Source: an uncultured bacterium (lineage in GTDB: Bacteria > UBA8481). From it: 64,000 nucleotides of DNA. The translations under genes and the position numbers were made by a program. Shown piece after piece: positions 1 through 9,745 of this stretch. The first letter of the stretch is position 1. The number at the start of each line of letters is the position of its first letter. Under the pieces are notes generated by a model. That model had not been told where the DNA came from and did not search any database. It worked only from the letters and a program-made list of their open reading frames with translations. The stretch spans positions 1-64,000 of the forward strand of contig CAZCME010000005.1 in the NCBI GenBank assembly GCA_964499705.1, given 5' to 3'.

Positions 1-50
1 TTCCACAGGCCGAAAACAGCTGAAATTAATCGCAAACTGTTGAAGCTGGG

Positions 51-1322
51 CTAGTCCGATGCAGTTAAAGAGTTACGGCTTCTTCGCTCCTCGACGATTT
101 CAGCAAGTCGCTCGACAAGTCGCTCGGTCGCCCGACCGTCGAGCGGGCCGATGTAACTTGAAAGGAATTTCTTCAATGGTCCGGTGGGCGGCGCGTCGGG
201 CGAAAGCAGATGGCACAGAAGACCCTCGCGGTCGCGGGCACAAGGCGATAACGCCTCCTCAATGACCATGTAACGCTGCGTCTGATCGGGAAGCATCAGC
301 GAGATGAGCGGTCGCCCGAGGGCCAGGGCGTGGAAATCAGTGGTGGATCCCGGGTGCCCCACAACAAGATCGGCCGCCGAGATAAATCGCCAGATGTCCT
401 CCTCGACATTCACCCATCGGATCCTCACGCCAGGCGGAACCAGCTCGCGTTGAAGCGCCTCCTCCGACTCGCCCGCGAGCAGAGGATGATTCTTCACCAG
501 CAGAATTGAATCGGGAAATTCAGAGATGGCCGAGAAGAGCATCTCATACCAGAGCGCGACCTCTTTCGACGATCCCAGGCAAACCGCCGGAAACTCCCGC
601 GCCGTGTAGAGTAATGGGCGCCCCGGGAGCGCGACCACCCGGACGTCATCGCCGATTCCGAAATGCGACCGGGATTTTTTCCGAAAGGGTCCGCTTCGGT
701 ACTCGGCGATTTGATCGAAATCAGGGCAACCGTGCACAAACAACCGATCCCGATGCCAGCCATGATCGACCATGACATCGCAAATCGCTTCACCCCAGCA
801 GCCAAAATAATCGAAGAGCAGCGATTCGGCCCACTTGCCGTGAAACCGGAGTGACTGACCGTCATCCAGGTCGTTTCGGACAAGTGAACTGACGCCGTGT
901 TCCGCGTTCACCGTCGGAATACCTAGCATGCGGGCCGCAAGAACGATTTCGCGGATGGGAGGCGTCGGGCTGACTCTTCCGACGATAATGTCGGGCGAGA
1001 GATTCGCGAGCCATCCGCCGGCTTTTATTACCGCCGCCTCCGCTTCCGTCGCAAGCGCTTCCGCTTCAGCCTTGTACCAGTCGGCATAGCGCATTGCGGG
1101 ATCGACCACAACCGTGCACTGAGGGGGCGCGGTCGGCGCCGCGGAAAATTCCGGCGCATATGCGATCGCCTCGCGTGGAAATCCTTTCATCATGCGTGCC
1201 GAATTCTCGGTGGAGATGATCGTGAAGCGAAATCTCGCATCGCGCGCGAGGCATTCGAGAATCGGCGCCATGAGAAGCGGATCCTGACTCGTCGAATACA
1301 ATGCGAGAACGTGAATTGTCAT
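51..1322 (-). CDS. GT-B fold surface-polysaccharide biosynthesis protein (CDP-glycerol phosphotransferase / ulosonate transferase-like)
   Basis: 423 aa; EHG, HGCPDFD, VKNHP and ADLVVGHPGSTT..ALALGRP motifs, C-terminal DGRATERL. Confidence 0.65.
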   Translation of the reverse strand: MTIHVLALYSTSQDPLLMAPILECLARDARFRFTIISTENSARMMKGFPREAIAYAPEFSAAPTAPPQCTVVVDPAMRYADWYKAEAEALATEAEAAVIKAGGWLANLSPDIIVGRVSPTPPIREIVLAARMLGIPTVNAEHGVSSLVRNDLDDGQSLRFHGKWAESLLFDYFGCWGEAICDVMVDHGWHRDRLFVHGCPDFDQIAEYRSGPFRKKSRSHFGIGDDVRVVALPGRPLLYTAREFPAVCLGSSKEVALWYEMLFSAISEFPDSILLVKNHPLLAGESEEALQRELVPPGVRIRWVNVEEDIWRFISAADLVVGHPGSTTDFHALALGRPLISLMLPDQTQRYMVIEEALSPCARDREGLLCHLLSPDAPPTGPLKKFLSSYIGPLDGRATERLVERLAEIVEERRSRNSLTASD

Positions 1323-2110
1323 GAATTGACCCGTGCGTTTCCCGCCGCGCCGGGGTGGATGCCGGGGAGAATATCGACCAGCGAAGGGGCGATACCAAGA
1401 TCGACCAGTTCATCGCGGACCGCCTCATTGATCGCCAGAAATCGGTCGGGCGCGGCGTTCGGATGAACGACAGGTTCCTTCCAACCTGGTCCGCCTCCTT
1501 CGACAAGGTCGAAGTGCATCATCCCCAGTTCACGTGCGGCCAGAATAAATCCGCGCAGGTGATGTCTCAAATTGCGGTACAGACAATTCACGGTGACGAC
1601 GCCATCGGCGCCGTGCCTCACAAAGAGCGATTCGAACATGTGCGGCGAGCGAGTCAGGATGGCCTCGTCATTCTTAAGAATCTGCCGGATATGATCTTCG
1701 AGAAATCGGTCGGCCACGGTGCTGTCCGATCGAACGCTGATACCGTCGGACTCCTTTCGGAACCGTTCGATATTTTTTTTCCAGTAGTCATCGTCCATTT
1801 CGACAGGCGCCGGCGTGAAGTTCGCGCGCGCCGCCGCCTCGAGAACGTTCGCCATGGTGGACGCGACAACGATTTTTCCGCTGAAACCGCAAGCCGCGAA
1901 ACGTGCGAGCAGGGGAATATGAGATTCACGATCGAGGAGTGCGACCAGGAGATGCCGGGTCGCGGGTATATCCGACTTGTCTGCGCTAACGTTCAGAGTC
2001 CGCCCATTGAGGTTATTTCTGAGCTTTCTGATTGGCGGGGAGCAGAAGTTCGGCGATACGCGTCCTGGAATCGCCGGAGCCGTAGATGTGTTGGACGGGA
2101 TAATGGCCAT
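1319..2110 (-). CDS. Hypothetical glycan-biosynthesis protein resembling the N-terminal half of a GT-B enzyme; true start probably downstream of 2110
   Basis: 4-nt overlap with the next gene; PDRFLAINEAVRDELVDLGI motif; the first ~35 codons overlap the neuC remnant. Confidence 0.5.
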   Translation of the reverse strand: MAIIPSNTSTAPAIPGRVSPNFCSPPIRKLRNNLNGRTLNVSADKSDIPATRHLLVALLDRESHIPLLARFAACGFSGKIVVASTMANVLEAAARANFTPAPVEMDDDYWKKNIERFRKESDGISVRSDSTVADRFLEDHIRQILKNDEAILTRSPHMFESLFVRHGADGVVTVNCLYRNLRHHLRGFILAARELGMMHFDLVEGGGPGWKEPVVHPNAAPDRFLAINEAVRDELVDLGIAPSLVDILPGIHPGAAGNARVNS

Positions 2111-2356
2111 GTTCGCATTGACGCCGGATGGAGTCCTGGATCGCCGCGCGGTCGTGCGGAACGATCATCACAATTGACCTTCTCTTGCGATTGCTCCGGC
2201 GCGATCCAATGTTGACCACAGCCTGGCGAAGTAGCGGATAGCGCGGATTCCGGCGCTGAAGAGTTCCAGGTCAGGGTGGTCCCGGATCACTTCCATGACG
2301 GACTTGAGCCTCGTGTACTCCGGGCGGTTGGCGGACTGGACGCACACCCGCTTGAT
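2013..2356 (-). pseudogene. neuC: Internally deleted, frameshifted UDP-GlcNAc 2-epimerase (hydrolysing, NeuC-like) remnant
   Basis: Minus strand reads (ATC)KRVCVQSANRPEYTRLKSVMEVIRDHPDLEL (NeuC-like N-terminus) joined to SAGIRAIRYF; after a frameshift it reads VVNIGSRR...HIYGSGDSRTRIAELL (NeuC-like C-terminus). Confidence 0.75.
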
Positions 2357-2666
2357 GCTCCTGTTTCTTCCGGAACAATCGCCTTGGCGTCATTCATGTT
2401 GCGACCTTGTCATGCGACGCACGCATCGTACTTTGCGGACGCAACTTTATCAACATCTTGATTGCCCCTCGTTCCCCGAGGTTGTCTTTCCACAGAAACG
2501 CCGAGTCGTAGAGAAATAACTTTTTAAGTTGTTCCAGCCATGGTAAAAGGGAATTGATGATTTCACCCACTGGGCGAAATTCAAAAAACTGCTCTTGACG
2601 AGGTATCGCGTAAGCCCCATCGAAGACGGCAGCGAGCGACTCTTCATCATGAGGACTGCTAATTGA

Positions 2667-3746
2667 TCAGATGCATTTCCTGGCGAAATAGATCGCCCGG
2701 ATTTGGTGTGAAAGTCCGATGATCCGTTTCTCAACCCGAAAACCGAACTCTGCAAGGCATGATGCGACCTCTTCGGCAGAGTGCCGGACCGGATAGATGC
2801 CGCTTTCTTCGGCGCGCTCAGAAGAAATTTTATCGATCAATTCTAGAACGAGGTAACCGTTGTCCGCAACGTGAGGCGCGTATTGCTCGATGAAGCATTT
2901 CAGTAATTTGAGATGATCCTGCTCCTTGAGCCCTTCGTTATCGCGGCTATAATTTCCGTCCCATGCTGAGAACAGCCAGTGAATAGCGAGAACCGCGTGA
3001 CAGTTTCTCGGGATGCGATTAGGCCTGAATCCGTTGTCGACCCAAACCTCATAGCGCGCCCCCGCCAGCTTCGCCAGGTCTTGTGCTGCAGAAATGCACT
3101 CGGGAAGGATGTCGGAACCGCTCAGATTGGTAAAACCGTTCTGGGCCATCCAAAGAAGAAACCAGCCGCAGCCGCAACCCGTGATGAATATCCTGGAGTC
3201 ACAGGAGATGTTGTCGCGAATAAAGCGAAGAACGCCCCTGCTAGGCTCATCACAGGCATTTCTGCGATGGATATATGCAGCTAGCCACCATTTGAGGGAG
3301 CCATTTTCATTTCGAGCCAAGCCATGTTTATCTAAAATCTTGATGACTTGTTCTCGGGGAAGAACGACGTCAAACTCCTCGTACGGATATCGGACAACAA
3401 CATTCGTGATCCTCCGCTCCGCGTCGAGAAGAGGAAGGCAGTTCACAAGTGGTCGTGTCGAAAAAATGTTCCTGGCATCCTGTTCCCATGAAGCACGGTC
3501 CAGGAGAGCGAGTGGGTTAGGATTGCAGACTTCAAGAATTGGCGTGTCGGCTGCCCACGCGCCGATAAGTGCTCTCTTGATGTCGCCGCGCGAGAGGGCG
3601 CTGACGAGCCGTTGTTCCTCATCGACCACGAAGAAAAGGTGCAGGGGATCTTCCGCAAGATCGTACACGTTAAGTGAAATGACGGCATCATAAAGTCGTT
3701 GAGAGGAACTTAGTAGGATCCTAGGATCCAGTGATTCGAGTCGCAT
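2667..3746 (-). CDS. CBS-pair domain fused to class I SAM-dependent methyltransferase
   Basis: LFFVVDEEQRLVSALSRGDIKRAL..NPNP (CBS); ITGCGCG..LSGSDI (SAM motif I/II); lower GC than the flanks. Confidence 0.75.
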   Translation of the reverse strand: MRLESLDPRILLSSSQRLYDAVISLNVYDLAEDPLHLFFVVDEEQRLVSALSRGDIKRALIGAWAADTPILEVCNPNPLALLDRASWEQDARNIFSTRPLVNCLPLLDAERRITNVVVRYPYEEFDVVLPREQVIKILDKHGLARNENGSLKWWLAAYIHRRNACDEPSRGVLRFIRDNISCDSRIFITGCGCGWFLLWMAQNGFTNLSGSDILPECISAAQDLAKLAGARYEVWVDNGFRPNRIPRNCHAVLAIHWLFSAWDGNYSRDNEGLKEQDHLKLLKCFIEQYAPHVADNGYLVLELIDKISSERAEESGIYPVRHSAEEVASCLAEFGFRVEKRIIGLSHQIRAIYFARKCI

Positions 3747-4029
3747 CGTTCGATCTCCTAAATCAGTCGGTAACGGATGAATCCATATTTATAGCTGAAA
3801 TCCTCTCGTATGCAACACCTGCGCCAGGTACGTGCAGCGTTAGCCGGGAATGTGCGGAATCGCCGCGCCCAAGGGGGCGGCCGTAGTTCGTGGGATAAAC
3901 CGTTCACCCCGAACTTGTCAAAGGGTAGCATGGCGCGCGAGGCTCACCATGAGCGGCGTTAACCACTTTTCGCGGAAGCATATCTTTCAACATCTGGATT
4001 GAGACTTTCATTCCGAGATCGGCTTCTAT

Positions 4030-5532
4030 ATGTTAGATGCGATGATCGAATTGACGGAACTGACTCGTGGGAAGAACGTGTTCATCTGGGGAACCGGAGC
4101 TCTCAGCAGGCGTATTTCGCGTTTCCTCTCCGTGCCGATCCATGCGTATGTGGATAACAATTCCGCCGCGTGGCATGGTGATGCAGGGAGCGCGTCCGTG
4201 AATCCGCCCGACCGGCGGCGCGTGGAGGATCCTCGGCGAACCATCGTCATCGTCGCCAGCCAGCGATGGAACGAGATCGCGCCGCAACTGGCAGAAATGG
4301 GATTCCGGCATCGTGAATCCGTAATCGACTCCTCGGAGCTGATCTTGATCGATGGAGCTTTTAGTCATGTCTCCTCGGAGAATTCGATCCCCGTGCCTGC
4401 CGCGCACCGTTCGTCCGAAGAATGGATCTATTCCCGGCGGGAAGAGAACAAGGAGCAGCCGGAGGATCGACTACCCCGGATTCTTTCGCGAGTTCAGGCG
4501 CGACCGATCCGCTTTCCGGATTCCGTCACCATTGACGACGAACAGCATTGGTATATTCGGAAATCAGCAACGGAATTCTCGGAATGCCGTTCCTATCATG
4601 TGTGCTCGATCCCCGGCGCGAGGATCTTTGGCGAGGCGGGGGAAATCATCTCGCCGGACGGCGTACTTCTGGAGGACTTGAGCGCGGACTACTATCGACC
4701 GGTGAGCCAGCGGGAAATCATGATGCGAGCAGGCCTTCCGAAACCAGCTTATTTCGACTTGAACATGGCCGTGGCTTCCACGCCGGGCGGAGACAATTAC
4801 TTTCACTGGTTGAAGGATGTCCTGGTCCGTCTATTCCTCTATAAGGACCTCGACCTTCCCGTGGATCGCTTCGTCATCAACTACCAAGGCGCTGCTTTCC
4901 AGGATCAATTGCTCCGCATGCTTCATATTCCGACGGACAAGATCATTGGTTCGGCGGTCGATCTTCACCTGGCGGCGCGCACGATCTACAGGGCCTCCCC
5001 GGTCGAGGACATCCCGTATCTGCGCGGGAAACTCGCGCGACTGATGGACACTTGCCTTGATCCCGTGAACTCCGGCGCGTCCTCGCCGAAACGAAGAATT
5101 TATATCAGCCGCGCCAAGTCCCGATATCGACACATCCAAAACGAGAGCGCCGTATTCGAACTCCTTCGTGGTCGATTTGGATTCGAAATGATATTTTCCG
5201 AGGATTTATCCGTGCGCGAGCAGGCGAGAATTTTCAATGAAGCGGAAATCGTCGTCGGCGCGCATGGCGCGAATCTGACGAATACGCTTTTCTGCAGGCC
5301 GGGCTGCGTTCTTTTGGAATTCTTTCATCCTGAATGGGTCAACATCTGTTATTGGCGACTGGCTCACGAGGGCGGCCTCGTGTACGGCTATCTCATGGGT
5401 GAGGGAGATGTGTCCGAGCAGGGAGAGGACCGTTTCTTCGAGAGACCTGGGATGGCTTTCGAGGGATTCACCGTCGATACGGCAAAGCTCGAACGTCTCC
5501 TGGAAAAGGTGATGTCGCATGCGGATCTCTGA
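4030..5532 (+). CDS. Glycosyltransferase family 61 / DUF563-like protein with N-terminal Rossmann-like domain
   Basis: NYFHWL, RIYISR..RHIQNE, VGAHGANLTN motifs; N-terminal IWGTG...VDNN. Confidence 0.8.
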   Translation: MLDAMIELTELTRGKNVFIWGTGALSRRISRFLSVPIHAYVDNNSAAWHGDAGSASVNPPDRRRVEDPRRTIVIVASQRWNEIAPQLAEMGFRHRESVIDSSELILIDGAFSHVSSENSIPVPAAHRSSEEWIYSRREENKEQPEDRLPRILSRVQARPIRFPDSVTIDDEQHWYIRKSATEFSECRSYHVCSIPGARIFGEAGEIISPDGVLLEDLSADYYRPVSQREIMMRAGLPKPAYFDLNMAVASTPGGDNYFHWLKDVLVRLFLYKDLDLPVDRFVINYQGAAFQDQLLRMLHIPTDKIIGSAVDLHLAARTIYRASPVEDIPYLRGKLARLMDTCLDPVNSGASSPKRRIYISRAKSRYRHIQNESAVFELLRGRFGFEMIFSEDLSVREQARIFNEAEIVVGAHGANLTNTLFCRPGCVLLEFFHPEWVNICYWRLAHEGGLVYGYLMGEGDVSEQGEDRFFERPGMAFEGFTVDTAKLERLLEKVMSHADL

Positions 5533-5577
5533 CCAGATGAATCCATGCTGGGACATGGACCTCCAGCATCGAGCGCG

Positions 5578-6180
5578 ATGATCACGATCCTCGATATCGG
5601 CATGGGCAACATCGGCTCCATCGTCAATATGTTCCGACGGCTGGGTCGTGATGCGACCGTGGCCTCTGATCCCGGAGGAATCTCCGGTGCGACGCGCATC
5701 ATTCTCCCCGGCGTCGGCGCGTTCGACGAAGCGATGCAAGCCCTTGAGCGCGGAGGTTGGATCGCGCCGCTCGAGCACGCGGTTAGGGACCGTGGAATTC
5801 CGATTCTCGGAATCTGTCTGGGGTTTCAGATACTCGGTCGGAGCAGCGAGGAAGGAGTTCTCCCCGGACTCGGTTGGCTGGAGGCGAAGACTCGGAAGCT
5901 CGATGCATTCCCCGGTTTGAAGATTCCGCACATGGGATGGAATGCCGTGACCCCTCCGCGCCCTTCGCCCCTGTCCCGCCATCTCGATCCGGATGCCCGC
6001 TTCTATTTCGTCCACTCCTATCATGTCGTAGCGGATCGCGATGAGGATGTCATCTTCAGGACGACCCATGGCCAATCCTTCGTATCCGGCATGCAGCGCG
6101 GTCACATCATGGGCGTTCAGTTCCACCCCGAGAAGAGCCGCAAATTCGGCATGGCGCTCCTGCGGGACTTCTCTTCCTAG
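5578..6180 (+). CDS. hisH: HisH-like glutamine amidotransferase subunit of a glycan locus (WbuY-like)
   Basis: LPGVGAF, GICLG (catalytic Cys), QFHPEKS; adjacent to hisF-like and amidotransferase genes. Confidence 0.9.
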   Translation: MITILDIGMGNIGSIVNMFRRLGRDATVASDPGGISGATRIILPGVGAFDEAMQALERGGWIAPLEHAVRDRGIPILGICLGFQILGRSSEEGVLPGLGWLEAKTRKLDAFPGLKIPHMGWNAVTPPRPSPLSRHLDPDARFYFVHSYHVVADRDEDVIFRTTHGQSFVSGMQRGHIMGVQFHPEKSRKFGMALLRDFSS

Positions 6181-6972
6181 ATGAGACCCCGACTGATTCC
6201 GGTGCTGCTGCTCAGCCGGCGCAAGGTTGTCAAGACGCTGCGCTTCGAGGATCCGAAATACATCGGCGATCCGGTGAATATCGTGCGCATCTTCAACGGG
6301 AAGGAGGTCGACGAAATCGTGATCCTCGACATCGACGCCACCCGGGAGAAGCGAGTTCCAGATTTCCGGCATCTGGCCGAGATTGCGGGGGAATGTTTCA
6401 TGCCGATGGCATACGGCGGAGGATTACGGTCGCTCGATGACATGAAACAGGCGTTTCGCGCGGGCGTGGAGAAGGTTGTGTTGAATACCGCGGCCGTGGA
6501 ACATCCGGATCTGGTGACGGCCGCGGCGCAGCGATTCGGATCGCAAAGCGTGGTAGTCAGCCTGGATTTTCGGACGACGGAAGGTATGGCTCGCGTCGCA
6601 ACCATTTCGGGATCCCGTGACACGTCACGCGATCCCGTTTCCGCAGCGCGCCACATGGAGCATTCGGGCGCCGGGGAAATCATCCTGACGTCCATTGATC
6701 GGGATGGTTCCATGTCCGGATATGATCTCGAGATGACGCGCGCCGTCGCGAATTCCATCGACATCCCGTTGATCGCCTGCGGTGGAGCAGGATCCCTGGA
6801 TGATTGCGCGCGCGTCGTGAAGGAAGCTGGCGCGGCAGCGGCGGCGGCGGGAAGTTTCTTTATCTTCTGCGGCAACCGTGATGCTATACTCGTCACCTAT
6901 CCCGACAGTGAAGATTTGAAGCGAATCGGACTGATCGAGGACGAAAATAATAGCGCGAGGCGGAACATTTGA
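6181..6972 (+). CDS. hisF: HisF-like TIM-barrel protein of a glycan locus (WbuZ/AglZ-like)
   Basis: RLIPVLL, KYIGDPVNIVRIFN.KEVDEI, ECFMPMAYGGG, SIDRDG.MSGYD. Confidence 0.9.
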   Translation: MRPRLIPVLLLSRRKVVKTLRFEDPKYIGDPVNIVRIFNGKEVDEIVILDIDATREKRVPDFRHLAEIAGECFMPMAYGGGLRSLDDMKQAFRAGVEKVVLNTAAVEHPDLVTAAAQRFGSQSVVVSLDFRTTEGMARVATISGSRDTSRDPVSAARHMEHSGAGEIILTSIDRDGSMSGYDLEMTRAVANSIDIPLIACGGAGSLDDCARVVKEAGAAAAAAGSFFIFCGNRDAILVTYPDSEDLKRIGLIEDENNSARRNI

Positions 6973-8045
6973 CACACCCCTACAGGATCTGCACCCGTTG
7001 CATCATGGACACATCCGATCCGAATATTACCTTCGACATGAGCGGATATTGCACTCATTGTCGGAGGTTCGTTCTGAAGATGATGAAAGATCAAGAGACG
7101 GGGCAATATTCGGAGAGGAGGGGGGAGGAACTCATCACTGCCATAAAAGCGGCTGGAGCAGAGCGGAAATACGACTGCATACTCGGCCTGTCCGGCGGGG
7201 TCGACAGTTCCTATCTCGCTTACCTCGCCCACCAAAAAGGCCTCCGCGCCTTCTGTGTTCATCTCGACAACAACTGGGATTCCGAGATCGCCGCCGGCAA
7301 CATCGAACGCATCGTCAGAAAACTCGGATTTCCGCTCCATACGCACGTGGTCGACTGGGAAGAGTTTCGAGATATTCAGCTCGCATTCTTCAAGGCATCC
7401 GTCGTCGATATAGAGGTCGTCACGGATCAGGCGATCACCGCACTGCTCTACCAACTCGCCGACAAAAATGATATTAGATATATTATCAGTGGAAATAACA
7501 GCGTCGGAGAATATATCCTGCCCTTCTCGTGGTTCTATCATAAGAACGATCTTCTTAATACGGTCGCGATCCATCAAATGTTCGGCGCCGGAAAACTCGA
7601 TACCTACCCGATGCTCGACGGATACCGCCAATGGATCTACGAGCACGAAAAGGGGATCTGCACCGCGAACCTCCTGGAGTATTTCGACTACGATCCCTTG
7701 AAAGCTCGGGTCGTTCTGGCCGAGAAGATCGGGTGGCGCTCCTATGGCAGCAAGCACTGCGAATCCGTATTCACGCAGTTTTATCAGGAATACATACTTC
7801 CCAGAAAATTCGGAGTGGACAAGCGGCGCGCTCACCTTTCCAGTCTTGTCTGTTCGGGACGGATGACGCGAGAGCAGGCGCTCGAACTGATCGCCAGGCC
7901 GATCAACTCCGAGGAATATTTTCGGGAGATGAAATATTACGTCTTGAAGAAATGGGACATGACGGAAGAGGAATTCGACGCGATCATGAATCTCCCGCCG
8001 AAAAAACATACCGACTATCCCGCGGGACTGCCTCCCCGAATCTGA
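6969..8045 (+). CDS. N-acetyl sugar amidotransferase (WbuX/WbpG/PseA family)
   Basis: N-terminal CTRCIMD...CTHC, PP-loop GLSGGVDSSY, KHCES, DKRRAHLSSL; TTG start overlaps the hisF stop. Confidence 0.9.
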   Translation: MTHPYRICTRCIMDTSDPNITFDMSGYCTHCRRFVLKMMKDQETGQYSERRGEELITAIKAAGAERKYDCILGLSGGVDSSYLAYLAHQKGLRAFCVHLDNNWDSEIAAGNIERIVRKLGFPLHTHVVDWEEFRDIQLAFFKASVVDIEVVTDQAITALLYQLADKNDIRYIISGNNSVGEYILPFSWFYHKNDLLNTVAIHQMFGAGKLDTYPMLDGYRQWIYEHEKGICTANLLEYFDYDPLKARVVLAEKIGWRSYGSKHCESVFTQFYQEYILPRKFGVDKRRAHLSSLVCSGRMTREQALELIARPINSEEYFREMKYYVLKKWDMTEEEFDAIMNLPPKKHTDYPAGLPPRI

Positions 8046-8051
8046 TGTGCA

Positions 8052-9731
8052 TTATTCTTCGATAATCGCGCGCAATCGAGCCGAGACCTGCTCGATCCTG
8101 TGAACCTCGTGAACATACTTCAACCCACGCTCACCGGCGCTCCGGCGCAGCTCTGGATCCTCGATGAGCGATGTGATCAATCGCTCCAGGTCGTTCTCGA
8201 GATTCTCGATGGCAGGGGAAAGTATGGGCACGAAAACGGGATAGAATTCTTGCTTGATCCAACCGATAACCGGTTTTCCCGCTGCCATGCACTCGATCGC
8301 GAAGTTGCCATAAGATCCGAATGAAAATTGATCCACCGCAATATCGCACCCGGCTATCAAGCGGAGCATTTCGTCATGGGAGACCGACGAGCGTACGATC
8401 AGTTCGATGGGATACCGTTTGCCGAGGCGGTCGACGACACGCTGCAGCACCGACGTGCGCTTGAACAGGGGATCGGTGCTGGAATGCAGGATGACAAACG
8501 GCGAGCCCGGACTCCTCGCATTCGAGGGCCGGGGCAGAGCCGAAACGGTCGAGCAAGGAATCGCATTCGGCAGCCATGTTGCGCCCGCCCGGGCGTCCAT
8601 CAGAAGGTCCGGCGTGGATACGAGGACGCTGTCCGCCATTCGCATCGCGAATTCCGCGCGGCGCCGCACGTCCGGAGATCCACAGAATCGGGCCTCGTAC
8701 GCCGGTGTGCACTCCTTGCAGAAGACATGAGGATCTCGATCCGACTGCGATTCGCGCTTCCGGAGGGAGCAGTCACGGAAGAGAAAGATGACTCTTTTGC
8801 CGAGCATTCGGGCAACAAGCGCTTCGAAAACCTGCGCGAAAAAGGGAAGGTTCCAGACCTCCAATATCGGGGAGACCCAGAACGACTCGTAATTATTCTG
8901 AAAGATGATGACGTCGTAACGAACCATGGACCGGAAAAAATGCCGGGCCAGGCGAACGAGCCGCCGGAAATCCGAAAGGCGATCGAGATTATCCTCCCGG
9001 TCGCATGGTTCATAAGAAAAATAATGCCCCGATAGCGAGAGCGATTCCGCACGCACTCCGGATTCGCGAAGAGCGCGTGCCAGGGGCGCGGATTGATTGC
9101 CATGCACACGTTTAGCGAGGAGCACGCGTAAGGTCTTGAACCGCGCGCGCCAAGCCGTTCTTGCGCGCAGGAAGGGCGCCATTAACAGGAGCGGTAGAAA
9201 AGTCGCGAACAACAGTCCAGAAATCGCGGTGTCTCGTATCCACGCTCTTGCTTGCCGGTATAAGACGAGCGAGGCGAGCCTCGCGCGAGACGCGGATCGC
9301 CTCCGGCCATCGGGATCCAAAAAAGTGATTCGCCTCGCTACCCGGACGGCGATCGATACCGCGTTGTCGTAGCCCGCGAGAGAACCGCGCGTGTCGCGGC
9401 AGAATATATACGCATGTGCATACTTGCCGCGGATGAACTTCCTGTCCGCTCGCGAATAGTGGAATGCTCCGGTCTCGATCATGGTCCACCCTGAGGCGGC
9501 GCAGCGTTCGAGGAACTTCCAGTCAATGCCTCGTCGCACGAGGATTGCTCCAGGCACCCCCTCGACAAACATAAGACATTTAGAGATCAGTCGATCATTG
9601 ATCGAGGGAATGAGCAGAACGCTATTCAAATTGTGAAATCGCAATGGCATCCACAATAATCTACCAGGTGTTCGCTTGAATCCCAAAACGGTTCCATCCG
9701 GATACAAGGCAAGAATCCCCACCTGCGGCAA
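8052..9731 (-). CDS. Glycosyltransferase (GT4-like C-terminal domain); true start probably ATG at 9572
   Basis: HSSTDPLFKRT, DIAVDQF..GSYGNFAIECMAAGKPV; the 5' ~30 codons are a duplicated repeat. Confidence 0.75.
   Translation of the reverse strand: MPQVGILALYPDGTVLGFKRTPGRLLWMPLRFHNLNSVLLIPSINDRLISKCLMFVEGVPGAILVRRGIDWKFLERCAASGWTMIETGAFHYSRADRKFIRGKYAHAYIFCRDTRGSLAGYDNAVSIAVRVARRITFLDPDGRRRSASRARLASLVLYRQARAWIRDTAISGLLFATFLPLLLMAPFLRARTAWRARFKTLRVLLAKRVHGNQSAPLARALRESGVRAESLSLSGHYFSYEPCDREDNLDRLSDFRRLVRLARHFFRSMVRYDVIIFQNNYESFWVSPILEVWNLPFFAQVFEALVARMLGKRVIFLFRDCSLRKRESQSDRDPHVFCKECTPAYEARFCGSPDVRRRAEFAMRMADSVLVSTPDLLMDARAGATWLPNAIPCSTVSALPRPSNARSPGSPFVILHSSTDPLFKRTSVLQRVVDRLGKRYPIELIVRSSVSHDEMLRLIAGCDIAVDQFSFGSYGNFAIECMAAGKPVIGWIKQEFYPVFVPILSPAIENLENDLERLITSLIEDPELRRSAGERGLKYVHEVHRIEQVSARLRAIIEE
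9642..9728. repeat. Dispersed direct repeat, copy 1
   Basis: 9686-9728 matches 15944-15986 at 40/43 nt; 9642-9728 also aligns with 13741-13825. Confidence 0.85.
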
Positions 9732-9745
9732 GCGGCACTATCAAA

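Noticed and set aside
2394..2666. 90 open codons in frame after the TGA of the CBS-methyltransferase (readthrough or selenocysteine)
   Set aside because: The methyltransferase fold appears complete at RAIYFARK, and I recognise no SECIS element or motif in the extension.
5578..6972. Histidine biosynthesis operon
   Set aside because: No other his genes are present; context and motifs fit the glycan amidotransferase paralogues.
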